The notes: generated by a model not told the origin, from the letters alone. Shown: positions 49,971-61,960, numbered from the stretch's first letter. The stretch is 64,000 nt of DNA from Acidobacteriota bacterium (GCA_040755995.1 JBFMAF010000008.1:192001-256000); one strand, 5' to 3'. Translations and numbers: made by a program.

Positions 49971-51503
49971 GTGCAAGGCCATTTGAAGGAGACGATGCTG
50001 CCGGAGGTCTACCGGAAGATCCTTGGCGCGAAGCTCTCGGGCAAGCTGCGGGTGACATCGGGTCCGATCGAGAAGTGTGTGTTCTTCAAGCACGGCGGCA
50101 TCGTTTACGCGACGAGCAACCAGCCTGGGGACCGGCTCGGGGAGATACTGGTCGAGCGCGGCAAGATCACGCCGCACGAGAAGGAGACCGCGGTCAACCT
50201 TCCCATGCCTGGAAAGAGGATCGGTGAGACGCTAGTTGACATGGGGAAGCTGCAGCCCTCGGACGTAACGGATGGTCTTTCCAGGCAGGTCGTGAGGATA
50301 GTGAAGTCCACGTTTCTGCTGCAGGAAGGCAACTTCTACTTCAGCGAAGATGCGCGTCCTCAGCAGGAGGTGCGTGTCAACGAGCTCTCGACCAGCGACG
50401 TCATCATGGATGGTATCCGGACAATGGTGTACAAGGAGGAGATGCGGGCCAGCCTGGGAAACCCGATGCGCCCGCTCAAGCTGACCGCGGACGCCTACCG
50501 CATCGCCGAACAGGTCACGCTCAAACCCACCGAGGGGTTCGTACTCTCGCGCATTGATGGCATCGCGGCCCTTTCCGAAATCTCGTCGCTGGTCCCGGCT
50601 GAAGAGATCGATACATACAAGATGCTGTACGGATTGCGCGTCCTCGGCTTCCTGGTTGAAAACCCCCAGCGCGACAAGGCCGCCGATGCGTTGAAGGAAA
50701 CTGAGGGACAGCCGGCCGCGAAATCGAGACCGTCATCCTCCGGTGATCCGGACCTCGACGTGGCGGTTGCGGACCTCGAGGGGATATATTCGAAACTGAG
50801 CATCATCAATCACCACCAGCTGCTCGGTGTTCCGAGCAATGCGCCGACCAACGAGGTGAAGAAGGCATATTATCGCCTCGCGAAGACCTATCACCCAGAT
50901 CGCTATCAGGCAGCGGAAGACAAGGAGATACAGCGAAAGGCGGCCGCCGTATTCGCGAAGATGACGGAAGCATATGAGGCGCTGCTGGACGCAAGGACTC
51001 GAACGGCCCATGACGTTCGAGCGAAGGCGGCGGAGGCCGGGTCGAAGGAGTCCACCATGGCAGAAAGGAGAGACGAGAAAGTGGCTGAAACTGAGAGCAC
51101 CGACAAATCAGCGGCGGAGAGCTATAAGAAGGGGATCGACTTGTACAACGCGCGGAAGTACGCGGAAGCCATCGAACCCCTCTCCCAGGCTGTCAAGCAA
51201 GCCCCGAAGAATCTCGAGTACGTCCTCGCTCTCGGGAGGGCACAGGCCAAGAACCCGACGACCAAGAAGGATGCCGAGAAGACCTTCCTTCGGGCTGTGA
51301 ACATCGACAAACTAAACCCATTGCCCTATGTCGAGATGGGCAAGTACTACAAAGAGATAAAGATGTTCGAGAAGGCCGAGGCACTGCTCCAGCGTGCTCT
51401 GGCCATGGACGACGAGCATGAGGAGGCGCAGAAGGAGCTTGCGTCTCTACCCGGCCACGGAGCCGAGAAGAAGAGCCTCTGGAGCCGCCTCACTGGGAGA
51501 TAG
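49971..51503 (+). CDS. DUF4388-like + DnaJ J-domain + TPR protein
   Basis: 'MQGHLKETMLPEV..SGKLRV..VFFKHGGIV'; 'KKAYYRLAKTYHPD'; C-terminal TPRs. Confidence 0.87.
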   Translation: MQGHLKETMLPEVYRKILGAKLSGKLRVTSGPIEKCVFFKHGGIVYATSNQPGDRLGEILVERGKITPHEKETAVNLPMPGKRIGETLVDMGKLQPSDVTDGLSRQVVRIVKSTFLLQEGNFYFSEDARPQQEVRVNELSTSDVIMDGIRTMVYKEEMRASLGNPMRPLKLTADAYRIAEQVTLKPTEGFVLSRIDGIAALSEISSLVPAEEIDTYKMLYGLRVLGFLVENPQRDKAADALKETEGQPAAKSRPSSSGDPDLDVAVADLEGIYSKLSIINHHQLLGVPSNAPTNEVKKAYYRLAKTYHPDRYQAAEDKEIQRKAAAVFAKMTEAYEALLDARTRTAHDVRAKAAEAGSKESTMAERRDEKVAETESTDKSAAESYKKGIDLYNARKYAEAIEPLSQAVKQAPKNLEYVLALGRAQAKNPTTKKDAEKTFLRAVNIDKLNPLPYVEMGKYYKEIKMFEKAEALLQRALAMDDEHEEAQKELASLPGHGAEKKSLWSRLTGR

Positions 51504-51654
51504 CAGGGAACCCGACTGTCGATGGGACTGGGAGCAGATCCCGGCGCCCGTTCACTCAATCCGGCACTGCGTGAGTCGCGGAGAACGAACAACAGGCGGA
51601 TGACTCCCATGCCGCGGGCGGACCAGCTTCACGCGTGCAGGCCGCAGGAAGACT

Positions 51655-52179
51655 GTGCTGGCTGAGCGGCAGGCCATGCGATCCCAGCCCAGCACAACCG
51701 GAGGAGACGCTGCAACGCATCGGCGACGGTTGGGCCTCGCATCCGCCGTGTTCGCGGCGCTCCTGGCGGTCCATGCCATCTTCTCGGCATGGGCCGTCGG
51801 CGGACTCTGCTACCGGCGGCTTCGCTTCATCAACTGGTGGTTGCACGCTGATCTAGAGACGCACGAGCAGTATCTCTACAAGCCCGAGTACGCAGACCTG
51901 ACCCGTCGCTGTCTATCAGTGATCCCGAGCGGCGACCGAGTGTTGGTGCGCACGGACGGGTTCCCCTGGCTCCTGAACTACTACCTCTATCCCATCGCGC
52001 TGTACCAGGAAACAACAACCCCTCCCGCCAACCAACGCGTCTTCCTTCCGTCGCCCCGGCAGGCCGCGTATCCCGCGCGCACTGATATCGGCGCAGAATG
52101 GATCATCGAAGATCATTCTGAAGGAGCGGGACGAAGCCAACGGCTGATTCGAGTCAGCCCGGAGAGTCCGCCTCGCTGA
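51655..52179 (+). CDS. Hypothetical single-TM protein
   Basis: Hydrophobic N-segment; 'LNYYLYP' motif; 11 bp from the next gene. Confidence 0.6.
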   Translation: MLAERQAMRSQPSTTGGDAATHRRRLGLASAVFAALLAVHAIFSAWAVGGLCYRRLRFINWWLHADLETHEQYLYKPEYADLTRRCLSVIPSGDRVLVRTDGFPWLLNYYLYPIALYQETTTPPANQRVFLPSPRQAAYPARTDIGAEWIIEDHSEGAGRSQRLIRVSPESPPR

Positions 52180-52190
52180 TCACACTGTTC

Positions 52191-53525
52191 GTGCCGGCGC
52201 TTCTGCTGCTATGGGGCGGCACAGGATTGCTATGCGCCGGCGGTCTGGCGCGCAGGCTCAACCTCGCCGAGCTCCTCTCCCTGTCACTCATGGCAGGGAT
52301 GGGAACAGTGGGAGTGTGGGGCCTGCTCATCATGGGAGCCGGCCTGCGATTCGGCATCCTGACCGCGAGCGCGATCCTGCTGGCAGTCGGCTGCTTCGGC
52401 ATCCCGCAGTGGCGGAGGCGCTGGCGAACCCGGCAGCGGCCCCACCGCCTCGGTCCCGTGGCGGCCGTCTTCGCAGTGCTGTTCACTGCTGCCGCGGTGA
52501 AGCCTCTTCTGGAGGTGCATTGGCTGCCCCTCTTGGGATGGGACAGCCGGATCACCTGGGGCTACAAGGCGAAGGTGATTCTGGAGGAGGGGACGGTGCG
52601 TGTTCCGGCATTCGAGGATCCGTACCGCGTACACCTGCAGCCCGCGTATCCTGTGCTGGTTCCGATCGTGCAGGCCTACTGCGCCGGGTTCGACGTGACT
52701 CGCAATGATGGGGACTTCAAGATCCCGATCGCATTGGCCAACCTGGCCGCTATCATGCTGCTCGCAGGAACGTTGCGCCGGCGCACCGATTCGACGGCCG
52801 CGTGTTTCGGTGGAGCCTGCCTGCTGGGCTACCTGCCCGCGTGGGCATCGGCGATCGAGGTCTCGCTGCCCGAGGTCGTGTCCGGCGCCTGCAACCTAGC
52901 GGCGGCAGTCCTCCTCGCCCGCTGGTTCAGCGAGCGCGACTCCCTTGTCGCTTCGTGGGCCGTCCTGTTCGCCGCGATGTCCGGCTTGAGCAAAGGCGAA
53001 GGGATGATCTTCCTGTTTGCATGCGTGGGGCTGCTCCTGATCAGCGCTATCCGGATGGGCCGTGTCAGACCCGCACTGTCCACGGGGAGTCTGCCGATAG
53101 CGCTTGCTCTGATCGGCCTCGCCGGCTGGAAGTCCCTCGAGCTTCACCTGCCCGTCGTGTGTACGATGGATTACTGGGGTCTCTTCGTGTCCGGGCAATG
53201 GAGTGTTTCCTGGGCGAAGCTCTGTCTCATTGCGAGAGAGTATGCCAGCGCAGCAGTATCCCCCTATTCTTGGGGATTGCTCTTCCCACTCTATGCCCTT
53301 GCGCTCGTCAGATCGACACGGGAGCAACGGCTTCTAGGTCTGGTAGTCCTGACCTACGTGGCAGCGTTGGTGCCCGCCTTCGTCCTCTCCTCGTGGAATC
53401 CTCTCGATGCTCACATCCGCATAGCGTTCCCGCGCATCCTTCTTCAAGTCGCCCCGATCGCCGCTCTGAACGTCGCCGAAGTGTGTGCGGCGTGGTTCGG
53501 TCCGCCGCAACAGCCGGCAGGCTGA
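52191..53525 (+). CDS. Polytopic membrane protein, possible GT-C-fold glycosyltransferase
   Basis: Many TM segments; loop 'WDSRITWGYKAK', 'YPVLVP', 'KGEG'. Confidence 0.65.
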   Translation: MPALLLLWGGTGLLCAGGLARRLNLAELLSLSLMAGMGTVGVWGLLIMGAGLRFGILTASAILLAVGCFGIPQWRRRWRTRQRPHRLGPVAAVFAVLFTAAAVKPLLEVHWLPLLGWDSRITWGYKAKVILEEGTVRVPAFEDPYRVHLQPAYPVLVPIVQAYCAGFDVTRNDGDFKIPIALANLAAIMLLAGTLRRRTDSTAACFGGACLLGYLPAWASAIEVSLPEVVSGACNLAAAVLLARWFSERDSLVASWAVLFAAMSGLSKGEGMIFLFACVGLLLISAIRMGRVRPALSTGSLPIALALIGLAGWKSLELHLPVVCTMDYWGLFVSGQWSVSWAKLCLIAREYASAAVSPYSWGLLFPLYALALVRSTREQRLLGLVVLTYVAALVPAFVLSSWNPLDAHIRIAFPRILLQVAPIAALNVAEVCAAWFGPPQQPAG

Positions 53526-53602
53526 TCACGGTCGCGCCGGCCCCGGCTTCGTCGCCGGACGCTCCGGCGGTGTTATTGGCCGACCGCTCGACCCCCGGCA
53601 CG

Positions 53603-55375
53603 CTATTCCAACGTACACTTCCTCCCGGCGTTGGCTTTCTTCAAGTACGCCATCAGGGGCTCGTAGTAGTCGAGCATCGCCTGAGCGCTGAGATCGGCGC
53701 CGGTGCGCTCGCGCAGGAGGGATCTCCAGTCGGCTGTGGCGCCTGGCTTCATGATCTCTCTTAGGAAGCGCCCGGTTTCCTTGCTGCCGAAGTAGTCGGC
53801 CGAATGCGGGTCCTGCTTGAGGATCTGCTTCGAGATATAGTCGTGCAGGTGGAACTTCAGGACTGTTCCGAGCGCATAGTCGTAGTACTGAGCAGGGTCG
53901 TCGTTGATGTGGGTTTTGCTGGCGGCGTCACAGTACTCCTCGCCACGCGGCGAAGGCGGAACGATGCCCTGGTACTTCCTGACGTACTCCCACCAACGCG
54001 CGTTGTACTGGGCCGGCGGCAGGTTCTTCTCGTAGAGGTCGTGTTCGAAGTGACTCATGGTGCCCGCGGCAAACGGGAGATAGACCACGGAAGACCCGGC
54101 GAGCGCGTCGTCGAGGAGCCACTGTATCTCGTCGATAGGCCTGTCCGCCGGCAGCAGGCCGATCTCGCGGAGGTACGGCCGCTGGCACGACGCGATCCCG
54201 ATCAGGTCGCCGATCCCCTCATGGAACGCGCGATTGGCCCCCTCGCGGAGGAGAATCGGGACGCCGGGGTTCGAGTAGCTCATGTAGTAGTAGATGTGCC
54301 CGAGCTCGTGATGCGCGGTCTTGAACCAAGTAGCGTTGGGCTTGACGCTCATCAGCGACCGGACGTCGTCGTCGAGGTTGATGTGCCAGGCTGACGCGTG
54401 GGTGTTCTTCTTGCGAGCGCCCTCGGGCGGATAGAGGTCCGAGCGTTTCCAGAAGCCCGCATTCAGCGGATCGAATCCCATGGACACATAGAACGCCTCC
54501 GCCTGCCGGACAACCCATTCTTTCGTTCTGTCCTGGAACAGCGAGTCCATGTCGATCGCATCGACGACACCCGGCCAGTTCTGTCCCCAGCGATTGGCGA
54601 GCCAGTGGGCGGGGAGCATGTCCGGGACCGGCTGGTTGTAGCGTTTGGCCAGTTCGTAGCGGCAGTATGTGTGGATCTCCCTGTAGAGCGGCCGCAGCTG
54701 ATCGAGGAATCCATCGAGCAGGGCCATCATTGCCGGCGTGGTCATCCCGTATGCCGCAACCTCCAGGTCGAAATACGACGAGAACCCCATCTCGCGAGCC
54801 ACGCGGTTTCGCAGCTCTTGCAAGTCGACAAGGCCGGCTCGAAGGCTCTTGCCGACTTCCTTCGACGCTTCCCATGCAGCAAGCCGCTGCTCGAGGTCGC
54901 GCGAGTCGACCAGGATGTCATCGATGTCGTTCGGAGTCACCGGCTTCCCATCGATCTTGAAGTCGAAGCCGTACAGCGCGGCGCTCTGATCGGACTCGGC
55001 CTTGACCAGCCTCGAGACGACCTCGGGAATGGTGCCTGGCCGATGGGCCGCGGCCAGCCGCATCATCTCGATCTGCCTGGCCTGGAGCGGCGTGAGCGCC
55101 CCTTTCTGCATCAAGAGGGTTTTCAACTTCTCGATCGTTTCCTTCCTGCCGATGAAAACCGAGAAAGCTTCGTTCGCCTTGACCTCCGCCGCACTGTGCT
55201 CGTCGGTTATGTCGGTATTGGCGAGCCACGACGCCTCTGATGCGGCCGTGTACAGCTTCTGGTACTCCGCCGTGTAGGCCCCGATGAAATCGTCGACATC
55301 CGATCCCGGTTCCGCACCGAGTGCGACGCACGGTAGTCTCAGCATGACAATCGCAAACGCCACTAACATCCTCAT
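53603..55375 (-). CDS. M2-family (ACE-like) peptidyl-dipeptidase
   Basis: 'HASAW', 'HHELGH', 'GANRAFHEGIGD', 'YYDY'; signal peptide. Confidence 0.92.
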   Translation of the reverse strand: MRMLVAFAIVMLRLPCVALGAEPGSDVDDFIGAYTAEYQKLYTAASEASWLANTDITDEHSAAEVKANEAFSVFIGRKETIEKLKTLLMQKGALTPLQARQIEMMRLAAAHRPGTIPEVVSRLVKAESDQSAALYGFDFKIDGKPVTPNDIDDILVDSRDLEQRLAAWEASKEVGKSLRAGLVDLQELRNRVAREMGFSSYFDLEVAAYGMTTPAMMALLDGFLDQLRPLYREIHTYCRYELAKRYNQPVPDMLPAHWLANRWGQNWPGVVDAIDMDSLFQDRTKEWVVRQAEAFYVSMGFDPLNAGFWKRSDLYPPEGARKKNTHASAWHINLDDDVRSLMSVKPNATWFKTAHHELGHIYYYMSYSNPGVPILLREGANRAFHEGIGDLIGIASCQRPYLREIGLLPADRPIDEIQWLLDDALAGSSVVYLPFAAGTMSHFEHDLYEKNLPPAQYNARWWEYVRKYQGIVPPSPRGEEYCDAASKTHINDDPAQYYDYALGTVLKFHLHDYISKQILKQDPHSADYFGSKETGRFLREIMKPGATADWRSLLRERTGADLSAQAMLDYYEPLMAYLKKANAGRKCTLE

Positions 55376-55657
55376 CAGCCTCTCCTCGTGAATCCGGGAG
55401 CCCTTCCTGCGGGCCCCGGAGAACCTCGCCGCTTGTAGCACACGGGTCCGAGTATGGTCAAGGTTGAGTGGCGGCAAGGCGGCAGATTCGTTGCTCGAAG
55501 GAGTCGGTTGAACCGCTCATATGCGGCTCCGCCTGCGGATTTGGCAGACGCCTGATGCACGACCCACTCCTGCAAACGAGGGGGCTGGGCAACGGCAATG
55601 AGGAACCGCTTCTCCCGACAGCCCATCGAGAAGGCCTACTTGCCCCTCGCACCAAGC

Positions 55658-56041
55658 TCAAGGGGCGAAGGGCGTCCCACCCAGAAGCCATCGCCAGGCC
55701 GGAACAGCGTGTACAACGACGCCGTCGCTTTCGATTCGTTGCTCCTGGTTCATCGTAATCACCAGGTTGTCGCGAGTGCCGAAGTAGCTGGCCGTGGTCA
55801 CCAGCGGTTCTATCTCGCGGCGCAGCGTGTCTGGCAGGCTGATGTCCATGCTGACCTGGACCGCCTGAATAGGTCTTCCATGCTGATCGGACACCAGGAA
55901 GTCCACCTCCTGGCGCTTGCTCCGCGTCAGGTAGTGGCGGACTCGGGCGTGGTTCCGGTGCACACGAACGTGCTCGCCATGGGCAACGCGCTCGGCGACT
56001 TCTGAAAGCTTCTCTGTGACTGCCTCATCAAGGCGAATCAC
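55658..56041 (-). pseudogene. Chimeric remnant: Phd-like antitoxin N-terminus joined to the C-terminal domain of a DUF4143-type ATP-binding protein
   Basis: 'EKLSEVAERVAHGEHVRV' then 'YLTRSKRQEVDFLV..IQAVQVS...TLRREIEPL..VPAWRWLL'; no Walker motifs. Confidence 0.6.
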
Positions 56042-56057
56042 GAATCCTCCCCACCTT

Positions 56058-56252
56058 CTATAAGTATACCACGCCGGAGACGGCAGCACGGCTCAGCGAG
56101 TACTTCTGCTCTCTGGAATAGCAGAACTCGCATCCATGCTGGCAGCCTGTGCACGGATACGCGCTGTACCTCGTCCAGAACCAGTGATCGGCCCGCTTGT
56201 GCTTGTTGAGGATGGTCCCGGGCTGATACGGGATAAAGACTGCCCTGCGCAC
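56058..56252 (-). pseudogene. Truncated radical SAM N-terminal fragment (SplB/Rv2578c-like)
   Basis: 'TILNK....WFWTRYSAYPCTGCQHGCEFCY' ends about 20 aa after CxxxCxxC. Confidence 0.7.
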
Positions 56253-56385
56253 GACGCGGCGACGTGTTCAAGTAGCGCTTGCGTCCAGGATGGCGCAATG
56301 CCGCCGTTTCGGCCCGCAGACTTCACGCCAGAGCCCGTGAGCATTATTGCGAGCACTGTCACATAATAAATGCTTGCTGGGGATC

Positions 56386-57675
56386 TCATCTCTCGCCTCC
56401 CTCTTCAAGATGTGCACAGATGTCGTATGCCCCGACCGACGCAGGAAGGACCCTGGAAACTGGGCTGGACATGACCACCTCAGGCTCAGATGCGGTCGAT
56501 GAAAGGACCTTGATCTTCACATCGAGCGGTTCAACGGTCGGGTCCAGAGGCTTCACGAGACCTTCGCATGCATCGATGGTCCCATCCCACGATGTTCGGA
56601 AGGCGAAGCCTTTCGAATAGAGCAGAAGGTGGAAGTCGTAGGCGCTCCTGGATGCGGCGAGGATGATTGAGCCGTCGGCTGAGGGGCTCACTGTGAGGTT
56701 CCCCTTCTCCCCGCTGACCCGGTACCTCTTCGCCCACAGGACCTGCCCCGAGGAATCCAAACGGGCCAGCGCCGCTCCTTGTCCAGCCGTGGCGATGACT
56801 ATCGTGCCGTCTCGGTCCTCATAGCCCGATACGAGGTAGTAGGATTCGAGGTCGATCCTCTCGGACCAGGCTGGATCGCCGTTCGAATCGAGCTTCAGAA
56901 CCGCACATCCTCCCTCGCTGTAGCCCCCCACGACGAGATAGCCTCCGTCGTTCATCACAGTGACGCTCCCGAGTCCTCCGTAGCGCATCGCGGGGAGGGT
57001 ATACGTCTTCAGCCATTGTGGATCGCCCGAACGGTCAAGTTTCAAGATCGCATTGTAGCTTGCCTGGATGACCGCGCCCCCATCCGGCGTGATCCCGAGC
57101 GTATTAACGTCGATCAGCAAACGGGGACTATACGTTCTGTTCAGAGAGATACCGCCCACGCTGTCGAGCTTCAGGAGTTTGCAGCCCTCATTGTCCCAGT
57201 CGGGGCCGGCGAGAAGAAATCCGCCGTCCTCGGATTCCTGAACTCGTTCCAGATCTACCTTGGCAAACGTTCTCTCCCAGAGCTTGCGCCCGTCCGAATC
57301 CATCCTCACGCACCAGCTTTCCCCTCCGTAGTAGGACTCCCAGCTCCGGTACCCCACGAGCAAGTAGCCGCCGTCTCGCGTCTGGATGACCTCCGTGAAT
57401 CCATCGCGCCCCAGGCCACCCAGAGTCTTCTGCCACTGCCACTTCCCCTCCGCGTCGAGCTTCCCCACCCAGCCGTCATAGTAATAGCCGCCGAACGCCG
57501 CCGTGTAACCGACGACCACGCAGCCCCCATCGGCTGTGGCAGTTGCGCGCCCGAACCTGGCGGTGTAGCCCCAATGGGAGAAGATCCGCGCCCAGGTCGA
57601 TTCGGCGACTGCTGCACCGGGGGCGACGGCGGCGAGGATCACCGCCATCCCTGCCGCGAGAACTCTCTTCGGCAT
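56386..57675 (-). CDS. Secreted beta-propeller-like repeat protein
   Basis: Signal peptide; repeated 'T.DGG.(L/V)VVG ... KLD..G...W.KT' units. Confidence 0.78.
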   Translation of the reverse strand: MPKRVLAAGMAVILAAVAPGAAVAESTWARIFSHWGYTARFGRATATADGGCVVVGYTAAFGGYYYDGWVGKLDAEGKWQWQKTLGGLGRDGFTEVIQTRDGGYLLVGYRSWESYYGGESWCVRMDSDGRKLWERTFAKVDLERVQESEDGGFLLAGPDWDNEGCKLLKLDSVGGISLNRTYSPRLLIDVNTLGITPDGGAVIQASYNAILKLDRSGDPQWLKTYTLPAMRYGGLGSVTVMNDGGYLVVGGYSEGGCAVLKLDSNGDPAWSERIDLESYYLVSGYEDRDGTIVIATAGQGAALARLDSSGQVLWAKRYRVSGEKGNLTVSPSADGSIILAASRSAYDFHLLLYSKGFAFRTSWDGTIDACEGLVKPLDPTVEPLDVKIKVLSSTASEPEVVMSSPVSRVLPASVGAYDICAHLEEGGER

Positions 57676-57973
57676 TCCTCACCTCCTACTCAAGCATCTA
57701 TCCCGCGCGCTCGGTTTCCTTTTGTACCCTTCTAGCGGCATAGCAGACAACGCATCCTCTTGTACATGCCAGGAAATCGCGCGGCGCAGGACCCACCATT
57801 GCGCGATGCTAGCATCTCATGCAGAAATGAGGCAATGCCGGCCCGGCGTCTCGGCCCACGCTGTCCGGTCGCGACGCTGCGATTGAACTCGCGCGCGTGA
57901 ATCACGTATAACTCCTCCTTATGGTTAGTCTTGTCTCTGTTCGAAGTCGGAACTACAAGGAGGTTTCTACCTG

Positions 57974-59299
<1,326 letters not shown>

Positions 59300-59301
59300 T
59301 C

Positions 59302-60801
59302 ATGCGAAATCGATGGATGACGGCCATGGCAATAGCGCTTATCTCATCCGCGGTCTGGGCCGCGGAGTCTCCTCAGTTCGTCCTCATGCAGAATCCGGAC
59401 TCCCCGTTCGTGACCTTCCGCTTCTGGATAAAAGCCGGGTCCGCGTGCGACCCGCTTGGAAAAGAAGGCGTAGCCTGCCTCACCGGCGCCATGATCGGCC
59501 AGGGGAGCACACGCAACAACCCGTACGAGGCCATCCTGCGCAAGATGTTCCCGCTTGCGGCGTCCTACGAGGTCCAGGTGGACCGGGAAATGACCGTTCT
59601 GCTGGGAACCGTCCACAAGGACAATCTCGCCCCCTTCTACGCGCTCCTCAAGGACGCGCTCCTCGCGCCCGCTTTCTCGGCCGACGACTTCAATCGCTTG
59701 AAGACCGACCAGGCCAACTACATCGAGACATCGCTCCGGTACAGCTCCGACGAGGAGCTCGGCAAGGCCGTGCTGCATTCCGTGGCCTTCGAAGGTACGT
59801 CCTATGCTCACCCCGAAGAGGGCCTGGTCCAGCCGGTTAAGGCGCTCACGATCGACGATGTCAAGGCCTTCTACTCGAAGTACTACACACGTAGTAATAT
59901 CACGGTGGGCATCGCCGGCGGATTCACCGACGAGCTGGTGGCCCAGATTCGCAAAGACATCGACGCGCTGCCTGCGGGAGTCCCGGCCCAGCGGGTCGTG
60001 CCGGCCCCGCCGAAGGGGCCGCGGGGATTGCGTGTTGTACTGGTCGAGAAGGACACGCGCAGCACCGCCATCTCCTTCGGCCACCGCTTCGATCTCACGC
60101 GCGCCAGCGACGACTTCTACCCGCTCATGATCGCCAATTCCTGGCTGGGCGAGCACCGGAATTCGTTCTCGCACCTCTACCAGGTGATGCGCGAGGCGCG
60201 CGGGCTGAACTACGGCGACTACAGCTACCTGGAGTGGTTCCCTATGGGAGGCCGCTACGAGGTGCCGCGTCCCAACTATGCGCGGCACGCGCAGATGTTC
60301 GAGGTCTGGATCCGGCCGGTCACCAACGAGGCGCGCCATTTCGCACTGAGGCAGGCCGTCCGCGAGGTGGGGATGCTGGTGGAGAATGGAATGACGCCGG
60401 AGACGTTCGGACTGACTCAGAATTACCTCCTGAACTACTGCCTGAACTACGCGCCGACCGAGTCATACCGGCTGGGCTACGGGCTGGACGACATGTTCTA
60501 CGGATTGCCGGAGAGCCACCTGGACCGCATTCAGAAGCGCGTCAAGGCGGCCGCACTCGACCAGGTCAACGCGGCGCTCAAGAAGCACATCGACCCGGGC
60601 AACTTCACGATCGTCATCGTGACGAAGGATGCGGAGGCGCTGAGGAAGGCGCTCATCGAGAACGCGACGAGTCCCATGAAGTACGACTCGCCGACACCGG
60701 AGTCCATCCTCGCCGAGGACAAGGTGATCCAGGACTACAAGCTCCAGATCGCCCCTGAAAACATCCGCATCATTCCGATTTCGGAGGTTTTCGAGAAGTA
60801 G
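59302..60801 (+). CDS. M16 peptidase, non-catalytic partner subunit
   Basis: M16 fold motifs ('GS..DP.GKEG', 'REARGLNY') without HXXEH; 2 bp after its partner. Confidence 0.88.
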   Translation: MRNRWMTAMAIALISSAVWAAESPQFVLMQNPDSPFVTFRFWIKAGSACDPLGKEGVACLTGAMIGQGSTRNNPYEAILRKMFPLAASYEVQVDREMTVLLGTVHKDNLAPFYALLKDALLAPAFSADDFNRLKTDQANYIETSLRYSSDEELGKAVLHSVAFEGTSYAHPEEGLVQPVKALTIDDVKAFYSKYYTRSNITVGIAGGFTDELVAQIRKDIDALPAGVPAQRVVPAPPKGPRGLRVVLVEKDTRSTAISFGHRFDLTRASDDFYPLMIANSWLGEHRNSFSHLYQVMREARGLNYGDYSYLEWFPMGGRYEVPRPNYARHAQMFEVWIRPVTNEARHFALRQAVREVGMLVENGMTPETFGLTQNYLLNYCLNYAPTESYRLGYGLDDMFYGLPESHLDRIQKRVKAAALDQVNAALKKHIDPGNFTIVIVTKDAEALRKALIENATSPMKYDSPTPESILAEDKVIQDYKLQIAPENIRIIPISEVFEK

Positions 60802-60820
60802 CTCGGAGGACTGGCATCAC

Positions 60821-60864
60821 AGGGCCCTGGTACCCCTGCTCACGGCACGAGGTACCGGGGCCCT
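60821..60864. terminator. Hairpin between convergent genes, possible terminator
   Basis: AGGGCCCTGGTACC...GGTACCGGGGCCCT; no U-tract. Confidence 0.4.
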
Positions 60865-60946
60865 CCACTCTCTACTCTCCACTCTCTACGCGGGGCGCGG
60901 CCAAGACGGCCTCGCATGCGTCATCGATCGGAGGCCGTGCCTCGCC
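60863..60946 (+). repeat. Dispersed hairpin element with heptamer tail, copy 2
   Basis: Homologous to the reverse complement of 8161-8249. Confidence 0.75.
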
Positions 60947-60965
60947 AGTCCGGGCCCGCGCCTCG

Positions 60966-61895
60966 CTACCCTTTGGCGTCCGTGAGCTCGAACATCCGTT
61001 CGAGCGGCTTCAGCGCCCTCAGTCGCAGAGACTCCTCCATCTCGATCTGCGGGCGCAGGTCTCGGAGGCAGAGGTAGAGCTTCTCGAGCGTGTTCTTTTT
61101 CATGTGAGGGCAGACGTTGCAGGCGCAGGTGTTGTCCGGCGGAGCCGATATGAAAGTCTTGTCGGGGCAGGACCGCTTCATCTGGTGGATGATGCCCGGC
61201 TCGGTGACGACGATGAACTCGGTCGCGGGGCTGCTGACGGTGTACTTGAGGATGCCCGTAGTCGAGCCGACGTAGTCGGCGTGGCGCAGAACCGGCTCCT
61301 CGCACTCCGGGTGCGCCAGCACCTTGGCGCTCGGGTGTTGCTCCTTGAGCTGGACCAGCTTCTTTTCGCTAAAAATCTCGTGGACGATGCAGGAGCCCTG
61401 CCAGAGAAGCATGTCGCGGCCGGTCTGCTTGGCGACGTAGGCGCCAAGGTTGCGATCGGGCGCAAAGATGATCGACTGGTCTTTCGGCAGCCGCTCCACG
61501 ATCGTCTTGGCGTTGCTGGATGTGCAGATGACGTCGCTCATGGCCTTGATGGCGGCGCTGGTGTTGATGTACGAGACGACAATGTGGTCCGGGTGCAGCC
61601 GCTTGTACTCGGCGAAGGCGTCCGGGGGGCAGCTGTCGGAGAGCGAGCAGCCCGCATCCAGGTCCGGGACGACGACCGTCTTGGACGGGTTCAGAATCTT
61701 GGCGGTTTCCGCCATGAAGTGGACGCCGCAGAAGGCGATCACGTCGGCCTCCGTGCCGCGGGCCGCGCGGGCCAGCTGCAAGCTGTCTCCTACGAAGTCG
61801 CCCAGGTCCTGGAGCTCCGATTCCTGGTAGTAGTGGGCGAGGATGATCGCGTTGCGTTCCTGCTTCAGCTTCCGTATTTCAGTCGCGTAGTCCAT
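60966..61895 (-). CDS. nadA: Quinolinate synthase
   Basis: 'ILAHYYQ', '[12 protein letters not shown]', 'GCSLS', 'CIVH', 'AHPEC', 'CPHMK'. Confidence 0.95.
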   Translation of the reverse strand: MDYATEIRKLKQERNAIILAHYYQESELQDLGDFVGDSLQLARAARGTEADVIAFCGVHFMAETAKILNPSKTVVVPDLDAGCSLSDSCPPDAFAEYKRLHPDHIVVSYINTSAAIKAMSDVICTSSNAKTIVERLPKDQSIIFAPDRNLGAYVAKQTGRDMLLWQGSCIVHEIFSEKKLVQLKEQHPSAKVLAHPECEEPVLRHADYVGSTTGILKYTVSSPATEFIVVTEPGIIHQMKRSCPDKTFISAPPDNTCACNVCPHMKKNTLEKLYLCLRDLRPQIEMEESLRLRALKPLERMFELTDAKG

Positions 61896-61960
61896 AAGTC
61901 CTGAATATGATGGTTGAGCGATGTGGTGTCAAGTGCGACGAGGAAACGGGCGCGCCCGTC

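Noticed and set aside
61896..61960. NAD+ (nadA-motif) riboswitch upstream of nadA
   Set aside because: Only 65 bp separate amrS and nadA, and I see no convincing aptamer structure; an Rfam scan would settle it.
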